From Macrostomum lignano (Eukaryota): a stretch of DNA of 64,000 bases. Below the pieces are notes generated by a model. It worked only from the letters and a program-made list of their open reading frames with translations. It searched no databases and was not told the origin of the DNA. Every line of letters begins with the position of its first letter. Within the stretch, counting starts at the first letter, position 1. Below, in pieces: positions 1 to 10,769 of this stretch. The stretch spans positions 1,056,144 through 1,120,143 of the forward strand of contig NIVC01000084.1 in assembly GCA_002269645.1 (NCBI GenBank), given 5' to 3'. The position numbers and the translations under genes are program-made.

Positions 1-489
1 TTTGAAACATAGAACTATAAGCTGACCTGTCTGTCGCTTGTCATTGGGAATTAATATCCATGGCTAGTACCTCATCCAATGATAATGGCTGGTTTTATAT
101 CTAAGCTATGCATTCTCTGAAAAGTTCTGGTCAATTTACACGCACGTGGATTGGATTTGGAGGGCGAGAGGTAGATAGACATGAGAGAAGGGGAGAGGAT
201 TTCTAGGAAAGGAAAACCCCTATATTTCTCCCTCTCTTTATAATACATGACCAACTTTTAACTGGGATTCCCCCCCTCCTACTTCCTCCTGGCTATGAGC
301 CCTCTTACTGTCCTCCTAGCATCTGGGACGGGGCTTCAGCTCTCGCGATTGGGCGCAGCAGGGAAGAGACAGGTGTGCTGACTGCCATGGACGCCTTAAG
401 TTAGAGATCTGGATTAGAAATGATTGTAGCCATGGGCGGTGAAACTTGTCAATTATTATCCTTGGTTTTATTCCCCAAATTAAAGATCC

Positions 490-975
490 TATCATCCTGG
501 TAAAAGCATCTAAATTAAAGATCCCATCATCCAGGTAAAAGTATCCAAATTAAAGATCTCATCATCCAGGTAAAAGTATCCAAATTAGAGATCCCATTAT
601 CCATGCAGGTAAAAGTATCCAAATTAGAGGTCCCATCATCCAGGTAAAAGCATCTAAATTAAAGATCCCATTATCCCGGTAAAAGTATCCAAATTAGAGA
701 TCCCATTATCCATGCAGGTAAAAGTATCCAAATTAGAGGTCCCATCATCCAGGTAAAAGCATCTAAATTAAAGATCCCATTATCCCGGTAAAAGTATCCA
801 AATTAGAGATCCCATTATCCCGGTAAAAGTATCCAAATTAGAGATCCCATTATCCAGGTAAAAGTATCCAAATTAGAGATCCCATTATCCCGGTAAAAGT
901 ATCCAAATTAGAGATCCCATTATCCAGGTAAAAGTATCCAAATTAGAGATCCCAATCATCCAGGTATAAGTCCTC
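490..975. repeat. Tandem repeat, ~35-bp unit (ATCCCATTATCCAGGTAAAAGTATCCAAATTAGAG), ~13 copies
   Basis: Unit directly visible with minor variants; boundaries approximate. Confidence 0.9.
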
Positions 976-1764
976 AAATTAGATATCTAAATCATCTATT
1001 TATAGGTCTACAAATTAAAGCTCTTGTGATGTTGTGGTGTGGTGTGTGCATGATTCACAGACTGTCTGTTTAGTGGTTCTTGGACAGGATCTAAAATAGA
1101 GAATAGGCGCACCGATAGAGTGAGCCCTAGTAGACTGTGAGATGGAGAAAAATGGAGTAAGAGGGAGAGAGAGGTGGGCCAATGCAATATTCATGTTGCA
1201 GGAATTCACTGCGCCTTCCTGCGATCAGTTGCCATGAGGCCCGTCCTGCCGCAGAGGCCCTCAGAGCGCATATCGATACTGCATGCTATGTGAACCGCGC
1301 ATGCAGTGTGTGAGTGAATGGTGAAATGTTAATGGAACTCAGAGTATGTAGCATAACTGAGGCCATATCGTATTGCGGAGATCTCTATACTGCAAACATC
1401 CTGCTTGGCTATCAAATGCGCACATCAGAGTCTCTTAAATGCATTAAGCCCTTTTCGTGGAGTTCAGTTCAGAATTGCTTTAGTACCGTTCCTATAGGTC
1501 TTTCTCAGTTTTAAAGGTAGTGAAATAATACCGGCAACTGTAGTGTGCGCTTGAGAGGCAATTACTAAAAGAATTAGACAATGGGGCTGATGGTGTGAGG
1601 AAGCTGGCCATGGATGAGCAGCAACAGGAGAAGGCGAGGGGGAAAATTAATGAGTAGCACTGCCTATAGGCGTTGGTGAAGTCAAAAGTGTGAAAACGCA
1701 TTGCTAGTAGTGCAAATAAAGGTGAATGAAAATGCTACTCATTTGCATGGACGGGCCGTAAGAT

Positions 1765-2285
<521 letters not shown>

Positions 2286-3801
2286 GGTTAGTCTAACGTT
2301 TTATCAGTTTCTGAATTCAGAAACTGAGTTGGATTGTGTACTATAAAGGTCTACTGTGTATATGCCTGTAGGCACGAGCTCGCAGCCAAGGATCTCACAG
2401 ATGAATTGACTTTCTGGCTCACTGAATCTTTCTACCTCGCTCCCTCGGGTATTGGTCGACAATTAATATTTGCACAAGTCGCTCTGTAATAGCGCCGTTC
2501 AACAGGTATAAATTATCTTTCCAAGCCTATCGTGGAATGTTACGACCCATATTAGTTAACTCCGCTTTATGGCTGGCTGTTAGAGGGAGTCAGGGAACAA
2601 AAATTCGAGGCCTGATTTTTTTGAGTTGTTCGCGTTCTGTTCTCGTGCGAATCTCAACAGCTACAATCGCAGTAGCGGATCCAGAAAATTCTGAACGGGG
2701 GGCGCAGAGTACTAAGGTACATATATCTGCATGTCATGTACAAGTATATGTACATGATAATGTGTATTTTTCATATCAAAAAAATCAAACTCAACTGGGG
2801 GCGCGCGCCCTGCTTACGCTACTGTAAACAATCGTAATCGTATTTTCGAATTAGTCTGTCAGATAGCGCGGTTTTTATGTCTTTTTAACACTCTTGTTGG
2901 TTTATTGAAAAAAAAACTGTCTAATACGAAAAAGTAATAGTCAACGTTGTTGGCTCTTGTTTTTGTTGTTGTTGTTGTTGTCAAATTTCATCCTGGGGCG
3001 AGCGCATATGCACATATGTGAGGCTACGGGGGCATCAAAGTCCGTTTAATGTGTCTGAAGGCGTTAGTTGAGATAAAACCGGCCCCTGAATAACTGGAAA
3101 AAGCCTTAATTAATTTTACGATACTCGGATCAGAACACATCCTTTCGAGATCTCAAAAAGCTTTTAGTAGCAAAAGTCGAAGAAATTTCAGTGCCTATTT
3201 TGACAGCCGGATTTCTAAAAGCGGATTAACTCTGAATTATTTCTGCATTGTGAATTTAAAATTCAGATATTATCTTCTTACTCGAATTGCGGCAGTTTGA
3301 TTGTCAATTATTGATCATTTTCCTGCGTAAATTTATTACAGCAGAGAGGCTGATCGACTCAAATTCGGGGGTCATAAATGACAAAATAAAATATCCACAC
3401 ATCATGAATCTTTTTATCTGTTATTCATTTTAACTAAGAAATTACATTAATATATATTCAGCCAAAATTTTATGTTTACAAACAATTGTCTGCGCGAATC
3501 GCTATTCATAGCCTATGAATGAAAGCTTCGTTTTTCTCATGAGTTAAAAAATTAAAGTGCTCAGATATAAAACCTAGTAGAGAATATATTTAGAAACTGC
3601 AGGCAAGAATTTTTTAGCTTCAATAAGCTAGTGTGACGTTGTCAGTTTAAGGTGGTCCCGAAAAGGGCCGTTGGACTGCTGTTCTCCATAGTCATTCAAC
3701 CCTTCAGTTTCACCGTTTCAACTAAACTTTTCCATTCGTTTATTGCGACGTTTACTTGTAGTAGTGCCCAACGATTTTGTGACAATTTATAATTCATTGT
3801 A

Positions 3802-3885
3802 AGTAGTATACGTTTTTTTGACACAAAGCCGATTTCCTTATGGCGAAATACATAGTAAGTACAGGCCCAAAAAAATGGCAGAGTC
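3802..3885 (+). repeat. Polinton left TIR (84 bp perfect; patchy similarity continues to ~4025)
   Basis: Exact reverse complement of 23300-23383; begins with the AGTAGT terminal repeat. Confidence 0.97.
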
Positions 3886-4360
3886 CGAAATTTCATGTGC
3901 ACGCAGTCTGAAATTCCGTGTGCACGCAGTCTGAAATTCCAAGTGCACGCTAAATATCTTTTACGCAACGTGATTATTCAGACGAATTGCATATCCACCT
4001 GTCCAAAATACAAGTAACCAATTCTAACAATGGTGACACAAACACACTTCAAAGGATTCCATTCAAGACAAATTTACTCCAAAGCTATTCACACATTTCA
4101 AGTGTTATTGAAATATTGAAAACTTGCGAATATTATCACCCTTTTGAAGAAAGATAGTAAGTGATCTATTCTTGAGTGCCTATAGAATTTTTGCACCAAC
4201 TTGAGCAGATGGTTTACAGATACTATGTCAACAACCACGTCAACATGCTTCTTCTTTACTATATATATATATACGAACACACTGACACAGAAAATATTCA
4301 ATAACTCAAACCAAGTATACATTATACTACTTGTTCAACTATACGTACATCTTAAGAGAA

Positions 4361-5268
4361 ATGAAGCGATCACGTCAGCAGGAATTGGCCGAGCGCTATG
4401 TTAAACAAGGTAAGATAATCACCTACTCTAGTTCAGTTTTCTTTTTAGATTGACAGTTTGCTAGTTTAGTTTCTAGATTGATTGTTAGTTCGTTTTCTGT
4501 TTAGACCTATCCTCTTTTAGCTCAGTTTACATTGATTCTCTGCTAGTTCAGTCTCTAGATTGATTCTCTGCTAGTTCAGTCTCTAGATTGATTCTCTGCT
4601 AGTTCAGTCTCTAGATTGATTCTCTGCTAGTTCAGTCTCTAGATTGATTGTCTGCTAGTTCAGTTTCTGTTTAGACTGATTCTCTGCTAGTTCAGTTTCT
4701 ATATACATTATTTACATGCACCTATACCAAATTTTCCCTCATCTTATCCATTATTACAGCATTCAAGAATGGTGTCTTCACGCAGCCACCTCCAGATCAG
4801 TGCAAACGCATTTGCCATGCCACCACCACATCCAATTCTGCTGCAAGAGCATCATACTACTCTACATCTCTCGCCAAAGTAACCTCGATTCATGTCGAGA
4901 GACAGACAACTGAGCTAGATCGCATTTACACAAGAACTGATGTTATTCAGTCAATTAGGCAGCAATCGAACCCACGACCAACTGACCAACTGCAGTATGC
5001 ACCACCACCATCACCAACCAGCTACAATGACCCAACAGAGCAAGCTTGCAGTGGACCTACAAGTACCAAACCAACGATAGCAAATGAAACACCGTCATCA
5101 TCAATTGCTATTTCTACCCAAGTTCAACAGCTGCTAAACTCACCAATTATTGTACAGAAGGACATCAAGTCTGTAAAAGTCTCTCAAACAAGCACAGGCT
5201 TCTACCAAGTAGAATTAACAAAAACCTGTAATACAACTCAAGTATTTGAGTATTGGGACCTATCTTAA
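4361..5268 (+). CDS. Polinton orphan gene, two exons (4361-4409, 4760-5268), 185 aa, Ser/Thr/Pro-rich middle
   Basis: ATG-initiated exon MKRSRQQELAERYVKQ ends at CAAG|GTAAGA (phase 1). A stop-free frame 4675-5268 lacking any ATG has the acceptor TTATTACAG| at 4759 in matching phase (G+CA=Ala). Absent from the ORF track. Confidence 0.7.
4540..4700. repeat. 28-bp tandem repeat (CTGCTAGTTCAGTCTCTAGATTGATTCT) inside the predicted intron 4410-4759
   Basis: About 5 near-perfect copies, with degenerate copies upstream. Confidence 0.85.
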
Positions 5269-5796
5269 AAAGACATTTTTTCTAAATCTTCATCAAATTT
5301 TGCCAGCAATATGTCCAAGTAATTGCTCTTTTAGTATATATCAAACAAGTATGTAATCAATAATATAATCTCTATAAATTCATTATTCTAAAAAATTCTC
5401 TCAATTTTATTCATCATTCATTGAAATTATTTAATTCAATATAAAGTCAATATCCTGTACAGTTATCATTAAACAAAAATATTAATCCATGCAAATAAAC
5501 TTTTTCAATATTCTTAAACTTGTATTAAATGCTTCTTTAATTTTTTTCTTACAAACTAAAAATGTAATAATGGTACATATTTAACAACAAAAAATTATAT
5601 ACAGTATTTAACTACAGTTACACTAATCAATAAAAATGATACAGTAATACAAAAATACTAAAACACAACACAAATGCAAGTAAATATATAATCATAAAAT
5701 GCTAGTTTACTTTTGCAAGAAAAATATTAATACAACAACACTCCACTCAGGAAAACATACAAAAATATTAAAGCAAATAATTGTAATAAAAGAAAA

Positions 5797-5802
<6 letters not shown>

Positions 5803-5833
<31 letters not shown>
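5803..5833. repeat. (CA)n microsatellite in the AT-rich Polinton spacer
   Basis: Direct reading. Confidence 0.9.
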
Positions 5834-5835
<2 letters not shown>

Positions 5836-6243
5836 AAATATTTACAAAATTGTAATCAAATCCACATAAGACAAGAATTAGTAAATAAAAAACTAAATAT
5901 TTTCAAATATTAAATGTACTAATTAAGTTTTTGTTTAAAAAATATACTATTTGCTTTATTATACACTATATATTTTTCTCCATCTATTGGGTTTAATATT
6001 TCTAGTGATCAAAGCTTTTTAAACAATCATTTTCTAGGTTTTATAAAAAATATATAAAAAAGTTATATGTCTAAATGCTTCTTATAATTTTTATATAATG
6101 AATGAAAACTATGAAAACTATTTTTTATTACAGTTAATCAACAGAAAATAAAGGAGATAGGCAACTTTTGAAAAAGTAAATAAAAAGTAAAAGTAATTTC
6201 AGTTCGAAAAAGAAAGCGTCAAAAATAAACACAATCAAAGTAA

Positions 6244-6797
6244 TCAATTAGCAACTAGAGTTGCGTCCGAATCTATGGTTGATTCCTCTAGCCTACTCAA
6301 GCCATGCTGAGTGCTTGCAACTTCTGCTTGATTTAATCCATATGGCGTCGATGTAACTATTTTAGCTATTCGACGAGGAGACTGCCAGTTGTCATTGTCA
6401 ATTGTGCCCGAGGAAGAACCACAATTGGTAATAGGTGCTTTATTAGGAGTTACAGCTGACACACTTGTCAATGCCGTCTCTTCCATCATTTTAGTACCAC
6501 CAGTAGCAGGTGAACTAAAAGTAATTGAAAGACAGTTAACTTTTAATTAATAATATTCTTTTTACAGTGTATCAAAGCCAAGACCAGAAAAATAGCTTAC
6601 ATGCTCTTCTTCCAATATCGCAATCGAAATGCGACAACAACAACGCACATGACAGCAATGACAGCTACAATAATAACCTGAACCAGACCAATTCTTTCGG
6701 TTTGGCTCACTAATTTGTCGATATTGCTCACTAGCTTACTAATAGATTCCGCATTTCCCTGAACTAAAATTACAACTTTATTAGTTTGGGGTACCAT
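6244..6797 (-). CDS. Polinton single-pass membrane protein, two exons (6797-6601, 6514-6244), 155 aa
   Basis: Donor AGCAT|GTAAGC at 6600 and acceptor TTACTTTTAG| at 6515 are both phase 2 (86-bp intron) and join the two minus-strand ORFs. Hydrophobic helix IGLVQVIIVAVIAVMCVVVVAF is followed by basic RLRYWKKS. Confidence 0.7.
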
Positions 6798-7119
6798 TTT
6801 CTTCTAAACTAAATAAAAATATGCAAGACAAACAAAAGAAATTCTCTAAAATAAAAGGCACACCTATAACAATAATCCAGCTCTAGACTCTAAACTATGA
6901 ATCAACGTAAAGAAAATCTCCGTTTCAAAAATAAATTTTTTATTATATAAATATAACAAAAAATCGTAAACTAATACTTTGTAACTAATTAGAAATATTA
7001 AGTTTGCCAACTGTTAAACTTAAATACTTGAGCAAAATATAGGTATGGATGTAGGTACGATTAGCTACATTAATTTGTAAAAATTATCTTTCTTAAGCAT
7101 GCGGAAAATACGTTTCTTT

Positions 7120-7850
7120 AGCCATGGTCTGGCTTTTGCCTCATGATTTAGCCGTATGCTCCGACTTTTGCCTCAACAGTATGATTTAGTCGTATGGTCC
7201 GACTTTTATCCCAACAGTATGATTTAGCTGTGGTCCAGCTTTTACCTCAACAGTTTTTTAGCCGTGGTCCGGCTTTTTTTGCAACAGTATTATTTAGCTG
7301 TGGTCTAGCTTAAAACTGAATCAACAGTGATTTAGTTATAGTCCAGGCTTAACTACCTCAACGATGATTTAGCTATAGTCCAGGCTTAACTGTCTCAACA
7401 GTAATTTTAGCTGTAGTCCAGACTTAACTGCCTCAACAGTGATTTTAGCTGTGGTCCAGGCAACTGTCTCAACAGGGATTTAGCTGTAGTCCGATTAGCT
7501 TAACTGTCCAGTTATTTAGCTGTGAGCCAAGCAGCAGCACCCGTCTCAACAGTGAGAATTAGCTATGGTCAGCTTTACCTCAACTGTGATTTGGCTGCTG
7601 TGGTCTAGCATAACTGACTCAACAGTAATTTTAGCTGTAGTCGTCCAGCTTAACCACCCGTCCAGTTTTATAACCATGGTCCAGCTTAACCACCGTCTCA
7701 ACGAACAGCGATTTAGTCGTGGTCCAGCTTAACCGTCTCAACGTACAGTGATTTAGCCATGGGTCTAGTAGCAATTAACCGTATCAATAGTGATTTAGCC
7801 GTGGTCCAGCTTAACTGTCTCAACACAGTAATTTAGCTTAGTCCAAACAG
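7120..7850. repeat. Degenerate ~35-bp tandem array (consensus ~GATTTAGCTGTGGTCCAGCTTAACTGTCTCAACAGT), ~20 units
   Basis: Units vary by indels; no reading frame is maintained on either strand. Confidence 0.85.
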
Positions 7851-8547
7851 CATTTGTGTGTCAACTGCACTGACTGCATGCGGTTATAGCAGCGGCAGTC
7901 ATTATAGTCCCAACAAGCTGCGCGTCGCAGCATGATAGTGTAACTCTATATAGCTTCTGCTCAATATAGGACTGCAAAAGCTGAGTTGCAACTATACCTT
8001 TTTCTGTTTGAAAAGTAACACTCTATATATAGGTTACTCAAGCAATCTCTTGTCATCGTGCGAGCTAAAAAATTCCAACATGCAAGCAAAACTTTCAATA
8101 AATTAATTTCATAGCACCGCGTGCAGCTTATTTTTACTCTAAAATCCAAGATTGCTAATTTTTCAAGTCGCAAAATATTTTAATTACATTCTACTTGAGA
8201 ACAAAACCAATCTAATGAAGCAACAACCAGCAGTCTTCTTATTAAACGCTTGCCATCGTGTTACTCTTGCAAATTTATAACTAGTGTGCCTAAGATTCAT
8301 TAATTTTATTGTATAAAATATCAACCTGCATTTGCGTAAAATTAGACCTAATTGTGCAACCCACAATAGAAACTTATGCCACCTTTGGCACGCAACATGC
8401 CTTAATCAGCACGCAACAATTAAATTTGTTTACTAGTTCACAAACAGCATGCAATGCTTGCTATAAATACAAGACCCGAAATGGTCAATTTTTCATGAGC
8501 TCAATCATTACAGCAAAAGAAATACTATATTCAATTGCTTGTAAGAC

Positions 8548-9774
8548 ATGGCAGCTTGCATCAAGACGGAGTCAATTGTACGCTCCGACTCGAGTCCGAT
8601 TTTCTACGTTGGAGAGCAGTCTACAACCACGACTGGTTCGTCCTGCCAGTTTCGATCTATTGCGTGGAAACCATCAATCGAGTGTACAAAATGGTACCCA
8701 ATTATATTGCAAACCAAGGCTCCAATGGAGCTTTTTCGTGGAATCGCAGAAAGGCCAGAGCTCGATCATCCGTCTTGCAGACACGACTCTCGCGACGCAG
8801 TAAGTGTCCAATTTCATCCAGACAGCTGCGATAAGGAACTCTTCCACTCTCTCCGGTGAGCACCATATTTAATTTATACAATTAATTTTAAAAACTTTTA
8901 AAAATTTAAAAAACAAATATTCATAATTTATATAATGTTTTGCAGTCAAGTCGAAAAAGGTCTATCGGGCAAGTTGAACGAGATTCAAGATGCTCGACCC
9001 TTGGCACGACTAACAAAACCAGCTCATCAGCATGCTAACGACGTCCTCGAGTTTGTGCCTCAACAATGGCTGGCTATAAAGCCTGCTTACCCTTGTGCCA
9101 CAATCAGGATCAGCAACGATCATCCACACGGGAAGGAGGTGTCCATTTCCGATTTCAAAGGTGTCAGCGGTACCTACCAAATGACAGTGCAAGCAACGAG
9201 CTTGTATTGTCCAAAAGGCAGCCTCGTCTGGCGCATTACATTCGCTGTGCGCTCTCTAACGCTCATAGAATCTTCCGACAACATGTTGCAGCGCCTTGAC
9301 ATGTTCAAGGGAGTGCTTGCACACCTACCTGCGACCAAGCCAGCAATTAGAAGCAGGAGTCCGTCCCCAACGTCTACCCATGACCAAGAAGAAGCAGATG
9401 AACAAAGCCGGCAGAATTCAAGCCAGGTGACGCCTGCCAAGTCACCTGCAAAGCGTCGGTCTACCACCACCGTATCGAAGAAGTCGACTCCATCGAATGC
9501 AGCGCCAGCATCTATTGAACCGGTGGCTAAAAAGCAAGTTCGCAAACGCAGCGGTGCAAAACAGCAAAACAATTCTGCCGAAGCTGGTGCAGATGGCACA
9601 GACTGGGTGAAGGCACCACCAGCAAAGATCTTGGTGAGTACACCTGCCTCTGGAACCCGGGTAGCGTCCAAGGAGACAGCATTTTTAAAGCATGCTGCTG
9701 CTGCTGCTGCGGACGCTACTACAGCTAGCGTGTATTCATCGGACGATTCGTACAGCAGCTCTGATGATGAGTAA
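8548..9774 (+). CDS. Polinton spliced gene (8548-8855, 8946-9774), 378 aa; putative OB-fold single-stranded DNA-binding protein with acidic tail
   Basis: Donor CCG|GTGAGC and acceptor TTTTGCAG| are both phase 2 (CG+T=Arg) around a 90-bp AT-rich intron. The SSB call rests on resemblance only: IILQTKAPMELFRG, terminal beta-strands MTVQATSLY...WRITFAVRSL, and tail SSDDSYSSSDDE. Confidence 0.65.
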
Positions 9775-9983
9775 CAAAATTTTTGACTAATTTTATCCAA
9801 GTTTTAACTAACTTAATTCCACTATATTTATCAAATTTTTGGCTAGGGAAATATTATTTTTAGGGAAAAGCTCAAAACATTTTTGCTACTCCTTGTACGC
9901 CAACCAGGTTTTGTTACTTAATATTAGAATTTACAATAGTATAGTCTTGTTAATTTTTTTTTATTATTTACTTTCCGTTTTAG

Positions 9984-10541
9984 CGACTTGTCCTATTAAT
10001 AGTTACTGCGAGTCTGAAGCTGCGTCCGTTTGAAAAATTTGATTTAAAGCAGACCAAACAGAAGCTACAGACCAGAAACCGGTTTTGCAAACTATTCCTA
10101 AGCCGACCAACAATGCTAAAGACAATTTATTCAAACGCAAAAATCCAACTTTATCCAGCAGGAAAACTAACTATATATGGCTGTAAATCAAATTCTCAGA
10201 TAGTTTCAGTTTTACGATTTATCAACGATACTATTAATTGTGTAGATTTTGATTCAGTAAAAATTCAGAGCAGTACCTATGTCGGCTTTATTGGTCATCT
10301 TTGGCCAAAATTCGGTTTCTCTAGTCTAAAAAGATATGCAGGCTACTATTCGAATTATCTGGTTGGATACGATGCAGAAAATTTCCCACAAGCAGTTTCT
10401 GTTAGATCAAAATCAAAACCAAGACTTTTTTGTAACATATTTTTTTCGAAAAAGTTTGTTATTATGGGCGTTCAAAACACTCATGAATTGAATAATATTC
10501 TTAACCATGTCAAGGATTTTTTAATCTCTGTTAATAACTAA
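9984..10541 (+). CDS. Divergent TATA-binding-protein (TBP)-like protein; 185 codons open from a splice acceptor, 5' start unresolved
   Basis: Two TBP half-repeats: KIQLYPAGKLTIYGCKS ~ ALIFSSGKMVCTGAKS; VKIQSS ~ FKIQNM; YDAENFPQAVSVRSKSKPRLFCNIFFSKKFVIMG ~ [32 protein letters not shown]. The frame extends upstream of ATG 10113 to 9984 (RLVLLIVTASLKLRPFEKFDLK), right after CTTTCCGTTTTAG. Confidence 0.85.
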   Translation, partial: RLVLLIVTASLKLRPFEKFDLKQTKQKLQTRNRFCKLFLSRPTMLKTIYSNAKIQLYPAGKLTIYGCKSNSQIVSVLRFINDTINCVDFDSVKIQSSTYVGFIGHLWPKFGFSSLKRYAGYYSNYLVGYDAENFPQAVSVRSKSKPRLFCNIFFSKKFVIMGVQNTHELNNILNHVKDFLISVNN

Positions 10542-10769
10542 ACTTAACAAGTAAACAGTTGCTGTCAAATCGCAGTTGCGATGCATTATTTTACAAACAT
10601 TTTGTCTTGTTTTCATTTCTTTACCAATTGTTTTCTCTAATAGTAAACGTGCCAGCTATAACCCAATCTAACTAACCAAATCATCATTTTTCTTACAGCC
10701 GCAAATGACAAACCGGATCATCTATTAATATTATGCTCGATACGCTCGTTGTCGAGCTAGGTGCACACA

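Noticed and set aside
976-1740. Possible decayed reverse-transcriptase fragment on the minus strand (FHTFDFTNAY)
   Set aside because: Only one motif-like string; no YxDD or other RT motifs found in frame, and many stops.
3648-3690. TTAA-GGTGGTCCC as a possible Kolobok/piggyBac terminus
   Set aside because: No matching inverted end found in the window.
7120-7850. Array as a coding repeat (LLRQLSWTTAKS) for the membrane protein ectodomain
   Set aside because: Unit lengths vary by non-multiples of three and stops occur in every frame.
9174-9800. 208-aa minus-strand ORF
   Set aside because: Antisense shadow of the low-complexity half of the SSB-like gene.
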